The notes beneath the pieces were generated by a model. It was not told the DNA's origin. It saw only the letters and a program-made list of their open reading frames with translations, and made no database searches. A stretch of DNA of 58,411 nucleotides from a virus (lineage: Duplodnaviria; Caudoviricetes), in the IMG/VR virus record IMGVR_UViG_3300032285_002078, positions 1 through 58,411 of that record; one strand, given 5' to 3'. The translations under genes were made by a program, and so were the position numbers. Positions 9,877 to 19,001 of this stretch are shown piece by piece. Position 1 is the first letter of the stretch, and each line of letters begins with the position of its first letter.

Positions 9877-10314
9877 TTATGCATTTCCTTGGTGGAACAA
9901 ATCGTTTTCGTTAAGAATGCGAAATTTTATGCCCTGTTGTCTACACCATATATTGGCAGCGGCCCATTTGGCTTGATTCTTAACATACTGTGCTTGATTG
10001 TATTTGTTCTTACCAACACGCTCTAATATAGTTTGGCTTGCTGGTTTAACTTCGATTAATTCTACTATAATCTTATTATTTTTATCCACGTATTGTATGA
10101 AAAAATCAGGAACATATATCGTGTTACGTCCAGTGAGCGGATCTCTATAGGGAATATTTATAGCTTCACTAGCCCATTTTTGTACACTTTTATTTGTGTC
10201 GCAAAACCGCATAAAACTCCATTCCCAACTACTGCGGTATGTAGGAATTTTAGTACCTACATACTTTTCAGGTTGTGTTATGGTAAACTTACCGCGGGCA
10301 AATTTACTGGCCAT
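9877..10314 (-). CDS. gp4: Head completion nuclease (T4 gp4-like, TnsA-N fold)
   Basis: PEKYVG...YRSSWE..FM..CD....KWASE...IPY...Y.PDF...IEVKP...N.AKW.AA...F.IL.E.DL. Confidence 0.88.
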   Translation of the reverse strand: MASKFARGKFTITQPEKYVGTKIPTYRSSWEWSFMRFCDTNKSVQKWASEAINIPYRDPLTGRNTIYVPDFFIQYVDKNNKIIVELIEVKPASQTILERVGKNKYNQAQYVKNQAKWAAANIWCRQQGIKFRILNENDLFHQGNA

Positions 10315-10315
10315 G

Positions 10316-10681
10316 TTAGACTAGGATATTACGACTTTCGTAACTATCCGCAACCGGTGCAATTCTATATCCAAGTAGGCTGACTTTTTCTCGATAAGCA
10401 TTTAATATCTGTGCTATAATTTGACTTAACTTCACATCACTGACTGTCTTTAATGTATCTAATAATTGAAAAGCATTTACATTATCTAATCGTGCTTGGT
10501 TAAGTAATACTATTGAAATGCTTCTTGCACTTTCAGTGTCAAACCCTCTTTTTAAGAAAAATCCAACACTTGCATCAATTTCGTTTGCTGGGAAACTAAC
10601 TTCATGAATAAAAAATTTATCAAAAAATTGTTTAGTATCAAGCGCGCCATCTGCGCCAATAGTTGGTAAATTACTGGCCAT
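10316..10681 (-). CDS. Hypothetical protein (121 aa)
   Basis: Tightly packed between neighbouring genes in the late operon. Confidence 0.7.
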   Translation of the reverse strand: MASNLPTIGADGALDTKQFFDKFFIHEVSFPANEIDASVGFFLKRGFDTESARSISIVLLNQARLDNVNAFQLLDTLKTVSDVKLSQIIAQILNAYREKVSLLGYRIAPVADSYESRNILV

Positions 10682-11685
10682 TATGGTTCTATACCTAAAT
10701 TAATTTTTTTAGCAACTGTAGTACTAGTATTTGCTACATTAAGAGATTGGGGGAATGTAGTATCTGGAATACCACCTACTGTTTGTATAGTACTTGCTGA
10801 CAATAAACCAGATACTCCCGGAGTAGCTTTATTTTGCGTATTTTGATATGAATTAATACTAGTTGCAGTATTGCTTAATGATTCGACGGCATTGTTTGTA
10901 ACATTTTGTTGAGCAACAAAACTAGGACTTGCAGTATCAACTTGCGGTAATCCTTGCAACGGGCTTGGCGTTAAATCATAATGTTCAATTCCAAATCCTT
11001 CAACTGCTTCTGAACTAACAGTTCCCATTTCATAGCTAACTGCCTCGTATGCAATGCCCATTGTAAATTCACGCAGTTCACTACCGCCATTATATGCAAG
11101 ATCTCTATGATCAAATGCTTTAATGATTGGATTGTATAGTTTATAGCTAACATACTCATGACGAGCCATTTGATATATTGTAATGTAATTAAAAAACGGA
11201 GCAGTACTGCCGTTATCTAATCCGTATGCAGTTTTAATAAAATCACTACTTCTGGTAGCATTTCTACTATAAGCTCCCGGTGCTGTTGCACTTGTTGGAT
11301 CAGCATAATAATAACTATAATAATTTTGCCACAACTGATTGATCAAACTCATGTTATCATCGTGAAATGTAATATTAATGTCTTCTAACTTATGTTGAGT
11401 TTGTACTTGTTTTTTTCTGTTATACTGATTAACTTGTTCTGTAGCAATAGTAAACTTGGGTAAACTAATCTTTTTTACTAACATGTTAATCTCATTTCTG
11501 TGACGTTGAGATAAATCTATTGTTTTCAGCGCGGCTTGATTAATATTAAATGCTACATGAAATAAATGATTAAACTTTGGTGCAAGTCTAAACTGATCTG
11601 ATGCAAACATTCTACTCGAGTGTTGAAAATCACGTAAGAGTATATGCGAATCAGCTGCTAAAAATTTTGTTGGAGTGAATGCCAT
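10681..11685 (-). CDS. Tail-tube-fold baseplate/tube junction protein (gp48/gp54-like)
   Basis: LVKKISLPKF...NQYNRK...INITFHDD...YKLYNP.I...F...YE parallels the adjacent tube protein. Confidence 0.6.
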   Translation of the reverse strand: MAFTPTKFLAADSHILLRDFQHSSRMFASDQFRLAPKFNHLFHVAFNINQAALKTIDLSQRHRNEINMLVKKISLPKFTIATEQVNQYNRKKQVQTQHKLEDINITFHDDNMSLINQLWQNYYSYYYADPTSATAPGAYSRNATRSSDFIKTAYGLDNGSTAPFFNYITIYQMARHEYVSYKLYNPIIKAFDHRDLAYNGGSELREFTMGIAYEAVSYEMGTVSSEAVEGFGIEHYDLTPSPLQGLPQVDTASPSFVAQQNVTNNAVESLSNTATSINSYQNTQNKATPGVSGLLSASTIQTVGGIPDTTFPQSLNVANTSTTVAKKINLGIEP

Positions 11686-11733
11686 AACAGTATTTATTTA
11701 AAATATAAACTGCGTAGTTAATGAATAGTCATT

Positions 11734-11759
11734 AAAAAACCCACCGAAGTGGGTTCTTT
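11734..11759 (-). terminator. Intrinsic terminator with cUUCGg loop
   Basis: Minus strand AACCCAC-TTCG-GTGGGTTTTTT after the tail tube gene. Confidence 0.88.
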
Positions 11760-11766
11760 GTGTATA

Positions 11767-12402
11767 TTAATACAATCCGCCGCCAGTGACAGCAGTACCG
11801 CGTTTTTGTTGGAATCCTGGAGTTCCCATACCAGCGCCAGCGCCAATTTGTTGTGCGTTATCATATTGGATTGACAAGTCAATTAACATAATATCTGCAC
11901 TACCAGTGTAGCTGAGTGCTTGGTAGTTGGTTGATTCTAAATAGCAACCGTATAATTCCCAAGTTTCAAGTACTGTAATTGCTTCAGCTCCGTTTCCACC
12001 GTCTAGCATTTCAATACGTGTTACAAACTTGTAATCGCCGCCTGAAGTAGCACTTGCTTGTTCAAAGAAGTCAAACTGTTTCTGATTCTGCTCACCCACA
12101 AGTTTGGTAACCGCGTTAGTGATATCGTCGCGTAGTTTGATTGCGATAGGAGCCCATGTAGGTTTACCAGCATAGTGAATCTTACTGTTATAAACTTCGA
12201 TAGTTTTATCTTCAAACTTAACGCTTGGTCGGGCCGCATCTGCGACTTGTTTTGTTAATTCAACAGTACTACCTGATACGCCAAAGTTTTCAAATGAAAC
12301 ACGGAATCTGTATTTCAACTTTGGCATTAATAGGCCTTGTGTAGCAGAGCTTTGATTACTTGCTAGCGGTACTGTAAATCTTGATAATGATGCAATTGAC
12401 AT
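11767..12402 (-). CDS. gp19: Tail tube protein (gp19-like)
   Basis: PKLKYRFRV, RPSV.F, YAGKPTW, LRDD, WELYGC, I.YDNA; immediately downstream of the sheath gene. Confidence 0.85.
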   Translation of the reverse strand: MSIASLSRFTVPLASNQSSATQGLLMPKLKYRFRVSFENFGVSGSTVELTKQVADAARPSVKFEDKTIEVYNSKIHYAGKPTWAPIAIKLRDDITNAVTKLVGEQNQKQFDFFEQASATSGGDYKFVTRIEMLDGGNGAEAITVLETWELYGCYLESTNYQALSYTGSADIMLIDLSIQYDNAQQIGAGAGMGTPGFQQKRGTAVTGGGLY

Positions 12403-12422
12403 TTATGTTCTCCTAATTAGTT

Positions 12423-15400
12423 TTAAGCTAACCCTTTAATTTCGCCAGTATTCTTTAAGCGTAGTGGAATGTAGATGAATTCAACTGCCTTCACTGGTTC
12501 AATCGCGACATCAAGGTATAGTTCGCTGCGATCAATTCTTGCAGGTGTATTGTTTGAAGTATCGCACACTACCAAGTAGTCGTACAATGCACGTTGTCCT
12601 ACTAACTCAAGCAATAGACTTTCTGCGGCTTGTTTAATTTCATTACGTGTAATAGTGTCATTTGGTTCAAACACATATGGTTTGGCCAATTGAGCAAACT
12701 GTCTACGTAAATAAATTACTAAACGGGCAACGTTAATACGATCCAATGCACTTGCCGTTAATTGACGTGTATACTGTCCGTAGTTAACTAAACCTGTTCC
12801 AGTAATGTATGTAATTGGGTTTACATGAATGCTTGCCAATGTATCACGTTGTCCGGTGTTCAATGCAACTGCATTAAATTCGCCAGTCATTGGATCTACA
12901 TAACCTACTGAACTAACATTAGTAATACCACCACGACGTGTTCCAGCTGGAGCAAACCATGGATAAGAGACATTATCACTTAATGCAATTGTACGTAACA
13001 TCATGTGGCTTGGAGGAACAACGATGTTATTACCTAGCAAGTCTGTTGTATAACCCCATGGATAAAACACACCAAGATACGCATCTGTTGTAACCATTCC
13101 GTCGTCGCTGTCTACAGTTGCATTTGCTGTGTTGTTACCCCAGTTGCTCAATGATGTAGCGTCTGATGTTAAACGTGCTGGTGTATCGCCAACTACAAAT
13201 GCAGTTTGTCCGCGATCGTAGTTCAATCCAACCAATGCTGTGATTGCTTCAGGATAACCTGGGCAAGCCATTAAGTTGAAAATACGCGACTCTTCATCAC
13301 GTAGGTTTGTGTTACTATTAATTTCTCCGTTTAGAGCAGCAAGAACAACTTCACGGACAGCTTTACGTCCAAATGATCCTGCACCATTAGGTTGGTTGGC
13401 GGCATAGCTGACCCAGCGAGCTGGATAGTAGTCCGTCATTGGTTCGTCCTCATAGCGATGGTTATCTGCAAGAACGTCAATGTAATTTTCGTGGTATTTC
13501 TTAACGTTAAATCCGCTACGGCGTAGATTCCATAACAACATACCGCGTGGGTATAATGCTGGATCTGGTGCATCTGGGTCTACAAAATCACTATCTAACA
13601 AGTCCATGATAGGGCTTGGGTCTGCGCCCATACCAGTTGTATTCCAACGTGCATCTGCAAATAAAACACCGTTTTCTGTTGTTTGATCTGCGTTGTCAAG
13701 TAATACCCATTTTTTAGTAGATCCGTTGAATTTAGAAATTTGTGGGAAGTTTTCTAAATCAGCGGTACTGATCCACAAATCACCATCAACTAAAGGTGCT
13801 CCACTAGTTTGTAATGTTGGTTTACTTGCACTAACGATCGGACCTGTTGCGTTGCTTCCTGAAACATAAGAATAACCAGCCCAGTTTGAACCATTGTGTA
13901 CCATGATATCAATCTCATCAATCATAGTGTTGTACCACAATGTACCGTCCATTGGAGTTGTTACAGGTGCAGCGGCGTTCGATGTAATATCAAAAGACTC
14001 TGTCCATAGTGTTGCAATGCCAGTAGCATCGTCGGCTGGATCATAGTAGTAATTAGTAGTTGATCCAACTGCAAACAACTTGCTTAACGGACTATGGTCC
14101 TCGTCATAAAATTTAATGTCGCCGCCTTGTGTATGCGTGATAACAATTTGATTAGTGGCAGTTCTTGTGGCAGTTACAGGAAGTCCAGTTAGTTCTGCGT
14201 GTAAATTATCTAATAAATCGTTCACGCTTGTTACTGGATCAGCATATGCTGTAAATTCAACAGTAATGCTATAATAACTATTTGATCCTGCATGGCTTAT
14301 GTCCAATGAAAATTGGTTATGACCAAGGTTAAAATTATGACCTGAAGTAATTGCTGCCGAAGTTACTACAGTTGGGCCAACTTTTGAACGTGCATAGATT
14401 TTAAAATCTGCTTCATTGTTATATTCTGCGTCATTTGTTTTTACGTAAACTGTACCAATTGCTAGACCTAATCCGCCAGTCAATGGATCTAATCCGTTAA
14501 GGGCTGCGGCTGCTGTTGGATATAAGGAAACATCTTGCTCTACCCATGCACCAGTAGTTGAACTGTATTTTTTAACAATAAAGTCTGCACCTTGGTTAGG
14601 TTTAGTTGTTTTAATCCATACTGAACCAGTTGGATTGCCGTCCGCATTAAATGTTGGAATTTGTGTATGCTTGCTAATTACCAATTTAGGTGGTTTGTAA
14701 GTGGTTGAACTTAATCCAACTTTTGCTACTGTAGTACCGCTAATTGTAATATTATTACCATCAGAGTATAAGTTTAAACGTCCGTTAATTGCAGCTGCCG
14801 TAACGCCACCGCCTGATATATTTGCATCATTGATTGATTTTACGAGACCAGCAGTTATCCCGTTTCCTAACCCTGTTACACCAGTTACTGTGACACCGTT
14901 AATAACAATTTCATCTTCTTCCAATAATGTTGGAGTAGGAGTACTTCCAACTGCTGTTGGCCAACTTGCTGTCCACTCTGGTGTTCCTACTTTAACCCAT
15001 GTTCCTGCAGGCGTACTTGTTGTGATTTTTTTGTAGTATAATCTATTTAAATTAGTAGTTGCTACTAACGCATAATCACCGTTTGAACCAACAGAGTTTG
15101 CAGGGCCACTTGATGGATCAGTATGATCCATAAGTTGAGTAGTATCAGTAATGACCATTGGATAGCGAACATTAGCAAGGCTAAATGATGGGGAACTTGC
15201 ATTATATTCGTTAATACCAAATTTAGTATCTGCTGTATCAAACCAATATGTACCATCAGCTGGGTCACCGTGTGGTGCGTCTGCTTTGCCAGTTAGTTGA
15301 GCAAGATCTAAATCTGCACGAACAACATAAGCACGATTGCTTACACCTAGGAAACTGTATGCAGCCTCTAAACCGTATTCATTCTGTTCGCCAGCATGGA

Positions 15401-15653
15401 TAGGATTGTTGTTTGAGTCAGTGTAAAATTTAGGAATACCAAATGTATCCGATAAATCTTTCTGGCTTGTAAGCAAGTATACTTTGCCTGCGTTTGCTGC
15501 CAGTGTTCCCGGTGCGATGCCAGTGCCTGCACCATTTTGTTTATTTTCTGCGGAAGCAACAACAATTAACGGTACAGTGCCTGGGGCAGCTGGAGTGTAG
15601 AAACTCTCGTCTATTACTGTTACACTTACGCCTGGTGAACTTAATTGAGCCAT
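12423..15653 (-). CDS. gp18: Contractile tail sheath protein (gp18-like, enlarged, about 1076 aa); start MAQLSSPGV
   Basis: N-terminal LSSPGVSVTVIDES; C-terminal YPWFAPAGTRRG, SALDRINVARL, VFEPND..TR, VCDTSNNTP..IDR.EL, P.KAVEFIYI; GGAG SD before 15653. Confidence 0.95.
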   Translation of the reverse strand: MAQLSSPGVSVTVIDESFYTPAAPGTVPLIVVASAENKQNGAGTGIAPGTLAANAGKVYLLTSQKDLSDTFGIPKFYTDSNNNPIHAGEQNEYGLEAAYSFLGVSNRAYVVRADLDLAQLTGKADAPHGDPADGTYWFDTADTKFGINEYNASSPSFSLANVRYPMVITDTTQLMDHTDPSSGPANSVGSNGDYALVATTNLNRLYYKKITTSTPAGTWVKVGTPEWTASWPTAVGSTPTPTLLEEDEIVINGVTVTGVTGLGNGITAGLVKSINDANISGGGVTAAAINGRLNLYSDGNNITISGTTVAKVGLSSTTYKPPKLVISKHTQIPTFNADGNPTGSVWIKTTKPNQGADFIVKKYSSTTGAWVEQDVSLYPTAAAALNGLDPLTGGLGLAIGTVYVKTNDAEYNNEADFKIYARSKVGPTVVTSAAITSGHNFNLGHNQFSLDISHAGSNSYYSITVEFTAYADPVTSVNDLLDNLHAELTGLPVTATRTATNQIVITHTQGGDIKFYDEDHSPLSKLFAVGSTTNYYYDPADDATGIATLWTESFDITSNAAAPVTTPMDGTLWYNTMIDEIDIMVHNGSNWAGYSYVSGSNATGPIVSASKPTLQTSGAPLVDGDLWISTADLENFPQISKFNGSTKKWVLLDNADQTTENGVLFADARWNTTGMGADPSPIMDLLDSDFVDPDAPDPALYPRGMLLWNLRRSGFNVKKYHENYIDVLADNHRYEDEPMTDYYPARWVSYAANQPNGAGSFGRKAVREVVLAALNGEINSNTNLRDEESRIFNLMACPGYPEAITALVGLNYDRGQTAFVVGDTPARLTSDATSLSNWGNNTANATVDSDDGMVTTDAYLGVFYPWGYTTDLLGNNIVVPPSHMMLRTIALSDNVSYPWFAPAGTRRGGITNVSSVGYVDPMTGEFNAVALNTGQRDTLASIHVNPITYITGTGLVNYGQYTRQLTASALDRINVARLVIYLRRQFAQLAKPYVFEPNDTITRNEIKQAAESLLLELVGQRALYDYLVVCDTSNNTPARIDRSELYLDVAIEPVKAVEFIYIPLRLKNTGEIKGLA

Positions 15654-15685
15654 ATGTTTTATCTCCATGAATACATGTTCTAATG

Positions 15686-15693
15686 TATTTATA
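15686..15693 (-). promoter_or_regulatory. T4-type late promoter TATAAATA for the sheath/tube operon
   Basis: Exact match to the T4 late consensus about 33 nt upstream of the sheath ATG. Confidence 0.8.
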
Positions 15694-15767
15694 GGTTTTT
15701 TGGTTTTTCTAGCTGTTATAGCATACCAAAAAGGCCTTCAAAAGGCCTACTATTGATTAAATACACT

Positions 15768-16103
15768 ATGAGACCACTATGTTCATGCGGATACAGACCC
15801 GCCGCAGTTAATTATCGTAAGAATGGACAGACATACTATCGTAGTATGTGCAATGTCTGTATGAAAGGTGTGGCTAATGCTGGTATTGCTAGATGGTTCC
15901 GCGCTGGGTACCGCATAAAGTCAACATGCGATAAGTGTGGATTTAAAAGTCCACACTCAGAAGTATTTGCAGTATTTCATGTGGACGGCAATTTAGATAA
16001 CTGTCGGCCTGCTAATCTCAAGACTGTGTGTGCAAACTGTCAGAGGCTTCTTCATCGAGAAGGTGTAAAGTGGAAACAGGGAGACTTGACACCAGACCTT
16101 TAA
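15768..16103 (+). CDS. HNH-like zinc-finger protein; probable start MRPLC at 15768
   Basis: Four Cys pairs and VFHVDGNLDNCRPANLKTVCANCQ; TAAATA lies 4 nt before the ATG. Confidence 0.75.
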   Translation: MRPLCSCGYRPAAVNYRKNGQTYYRSMCNVCMKGVANAGIARWFRAGYRIKSTCDKCGFKSPHSEVFAVFHVDGNLDNCRPANLKTVCANCQRLLHREGVKWKQGDLTPDL

Positions 16104-16713
16104 CCTGTGCAAACAAGTCATCAATAGACTTGTTATTGTCTAACACAGCATCAAAGTTAGTTCCAACCCATGCAGTTTCGCTAGCGTGAATTTTTAAACG
16201 TTTAATACGTTCGCTACTAATGGCATAACTCATATTTCTGTCGCCTGCATTCATGTTTATAGCATCGTTGTACCATTCGGGTTCCGGGCCACGTACAACC
16301 CGCACAACAAGGCCGCCCGAATCTTTAATTGATTTAATTTCATTAGGGAAACGACAGTCGCTAATAACAATATCATCTTTGCTGTTGCGTAGTTTATTTT
16401 CTAAACTGGCAATCCATATATCATCGTGAAAGGCTTTGCGACAAACTTCAGTGCCCCAGTACTGTAATACCCAGCGTGGAGTTAAATTAGGCATGTTTAA
16501 GCGTTCTGCCCACCAAGGATCAACTTGTTCACGCCATTCACGTGCTTGTTTTGTACGACCTTCTAGCATCATGCGGTCCCACCCAAACACCTGTGCTACT
16601 GCATCTTTAAGACTGTTGGCAAAAGATTCTCGTCGGAATCCGTGAAAGTTGGTAAGATAATCGGCAATAGTATCCTTGCCAGAACCAATAAAACCGCATA
16701 CACCTATGATCAT
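16018..16713 (-). CDS. gp1: Deoxynucleoside monophosphate kinase (T4 gp1-like)
   Basis: P-loop GFIGSGKDT, SFANSLKD, TPRWVLQYWGTE, ISDCRFPNE, HASE. Confidence 0.9.
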   Translation of the reverse strand: MIIGVCGFIGSGKDTIADYLTNFHGFRRESFANSLKDAVAQVFGWDRMMLEGRTKQAREWREQVDPWWAERLNMPNLTPRWVLQYWGTEVCRKAFHDDIWIASLENKLRNSKDDIVISDCRFPNEIKSIKDSGGLVVRVVRGPEPEWYNDAINMNAGDRNMSYAISSERIKRLKIHASETAWVGTNFDAVLDNNKSIDDLFAQVKGLVSSLPVSTLHLLDEEASDSLHTQS

Positions 16714-16734
16714 AGAGCCCCCTAATATAGCTCT

Positions 16735-16763
16735 AGTATATAACAGTTTTATTACAAGGTCAA
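16735..16763 (-). promoter_or_regulatory. Sigma70-like promoter TTGACC-17-TATACT for the dNMP kinase
   Basis: Near-consensus -35 and -10 boxes with a 17-nt spacer in the short intergenic gap. Confidence 0.7.
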
Positions 16764-16771
16764 CTTATTTG

Positions 16772-17557
16772 TTAGCCAATAACAAATGCATAGCCAGTTC
16801 CACCTGCTATGTAAGTTTCCATTTCTTTATCTAGATCTTTTAGCTCTGCTGTACCGGCAGTTAATAGTGCTGTGCCATTCAATGTAATAGCACTCCCCGG
16901 GCCTGCAATACTGCCAAACTTACTACGTGCTTCACCCAACATTATCTTACAAGTTGCTAGTGTATAATCTTTAAGCCATTGTTTGGCATAAATGTCTTGT
17001 AGCAATACCCAATCTGGACGATAATTTTGACTCTTAATTAAAATCTGTTCGCCTTGTGCAAATGGTCGTTGTAAAATATTTAAAATGTGGCTTGTTGGTT
17101 TCCAACTGAATTCAATATACGATCCAAACATTTTACCTACTAGCTTTTGATAGCCAGCAAATAATTCGTAAGTTGCTAAACCGCCCATCATACTACCCGA
17201 CATTAAATAAGTGTTGGTGTAAGCTAGATTAAACGGCTCAAATAGCGTACCGCCTGCACCCATTCCACTTCTTGAGCCAATAGCTCTACGAAAGACGCTT
17301 TGTACATTAATAATTTCGTCAGGCAATCTATATTCATTTTGATCCATTATTAGTTCAAGGAAACTATAACTTTCTTCCACAGCATTTGGACTACGTTGTC
17401 GAAAGCGGTTTAATGCACGATCTAAAGCAGTTTCATAATGAATAGGGTCAAGCTCTACTTCAATCATGCCGTCACCTAGCATGGTACGCACATAGTCAAA
17501 GACTTTGTTTCGTTCTAGTAATGAATTAGATTCTGTTGTTGATGGTAGATCGTCCAT
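16772..17557 (-). CDS. gp13: Neck protein (T4 gp13-like)
   Basis: YVRTMLG..MIEVELD near the N-terminus and WLKDYTLA.CK..LGEARSKF...GPG..ITLNG..L near the C-terminus. Confidence 0.85.
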   Translation of the reverse strand: MDDLPSTTESNSLLERNKVFDYVRTMLGDGMIEVELDPIHYETALDRALNRFRQRSPNAVEESYSFLELIMDQNEYRLPDEIINVQSVFRRAIGSRSGMGAGGTLFEPFNLAYTNTYLMSGSMMGGLATYELFAGYQKLVGKMFGSYIEFSWKPTSHILNILQRPFAQGEQILIKSQNYRPDWVLLQDIYAKQWLKDYTLATCKIMLGEARSKFGSIAGPGSAITLNGTALLTAGTAELKDLDKEMETYIAGGTGYAFVIG

Positions 17558-17572
17558 ATAAGTTCTCCATGT

Positions 17573-17594
17573 ATATTTATCAAGCGATAAATAT
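17573..17594. promoter_or_regulatory. Back-to-back divergent late promoter cores forming a 9-bp inverted repeat
   Basis: ATATTTATC-aagc-GATAAATAT in the 40-bp gap between divergent gp13 and gp14. Confidence 0.75.
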
Positions 17595-17597
17595 CAT

Positions 17598-19001
17598 ATG
17601 CCAAGACTATCACTGTATAAACCCGAACGCGGGCAAGATTATAAATTCATGGACCGACAAATTTCTGAGATGTTTCAGGTTGGCGGCACGGATGTGTATT
17701 TGCACAAGTACATGGGTCCAAAATTAAACCCTAACGGAACCGCAGATCAACCTGTAATTGATTCATATAATGTGGCAAATATACAGGATTTATTGTTTTT
17801 AGAAAATCGTGATAGGAAATACGAAGAAGAAATTTATCGTATTCGTGGCATTTATAATGTACAGAACATTGATTTTAATTTAAGTCAGTTTGGATTGTTT
17901 ATCGATAACGATACAATTTATATGACCGTGCATATTAACGATTTTATCAAGTATATTGCCCGTAAACCCATAAGTGGAGATGTAATAGAATTACCGCATT
18001 TGAAAGATCAGTTTGCACTAAATGATTACGATATTGCACTGCCACGCTACTATGTAATTGAAGATGTTGGCCGTGCTAGTGAAGGTTTTAGCCCAACTTG
18101 GTATCCGCATCTATACAGATTAAAACTTAAGAAAATAACAGATAGTCAACAGTTTGCTGACATTCTTAATAAACCTGCAACTGATGCCAACGGTGATCCA
18201 AGCGGAACAACTTTAAGAGAATTATTAAGTACTCACAACAAAGAACTTGAAATTAACGATCAAATTGTTGCACAAGCAGAAGCAGATGCACCCAAGAGTG
18301 GTTATGAAACTAGACAATTTTACACACTGGCTGTTGATTCTACTGGAAAACCAACATTAACCACTGCTGACGAAACTGACATTAGTGCGGCATCAACTGT
18401 AAGAGCAAGTCAAGTGACTGGCGTTCCAGAACGTACAGGTTATACAGGTTATCTGGTTGGAGACGGTTTCCCAGTTAACGGATATGAATTTGGATTTGGA
18501 ATACAATTTCCTTCATCCCCTGCGCAAAATGATTTTTTCCTTCGAACTGATTTTCTTCCTAATAGATTGTTTAGATTTGACAGTACAAGATGGATTAAAG
18601 TTGAAGATGCGGTACGCATGAGTATGACTAATAATGATGTGAGACGTACTTTTAAAACTAACTTTATCAATAATAACAATTACATGTATACTGATATTGT
18701 TGCTACTGATTATGTAAGATTAGTACAAGGTGCCGCAGTTGTGTCCACTAACATTGCTTCCACTATTTTGGCGCCGTATGTTGTATTAAAACTTGATACT
18801 AATAAATTAGAATATGCGCTTGCAGATTATCCTGATTTAATTTCTATCAACGGTGATTTTATACAAATAGTATTGCCAATTATTAATCTAGTACAACAAA
18901 CGATTCCTTATGATGGAGTCTGGGCAGTGACATTATATAATGTACGTGAAGAGGAAAGACAAAGCCTTTCCAAAGCACTTAAACCAAAGGCAGATTTATA
19001 A
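17598..19001 (+). CDS. Neck/head-closure protein (gp14-like) with C-terminal extension
   Basis: GTDVYLHKY, LSQFGLF..NDT, P.SGDVIELP; lies between gp13-like and gp15-like genes. Confidence 0.65.
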   Translation: MPRLSLYKPERGQDYKFMDRQISEMFQVGGTDVYLHKYMGPKLNPNGTADQPVIDSYNVANIQDLLFLENRDRKYEEEIYRIRGIYNVQNIDFNLSQFGLFIDNDTIYMTVHINDFIKYIARKPISGDVIELPHLKDQFALNDYDIALPRYYVIEDVGRASEGFSPTWYPHLYRLKLKKITDSQQFADILNKPATDANGDPSGTTLRELLSTHNKELEINDQIVAQAEADAPKSGYETRQFYTLAVDSTGKPTLTTADETDISAASTVRASQVTGVPERTGYTGYLVGDGFPVNGYEFGFGIQFPSSPAQNDFFLRTDFLPNRLFRFDSTRWIKVEDAVRMSMTNNDVRRTFKTNFINNNNYMYTDIVATDYVRLVQGAAVVSTNIASTILAPYVVLKLDTNKLEYALADYPDLISINGDFIQIVLPIINLVQQTIPYDGVWAVTLYNVREEERQSLSKALKPKADL

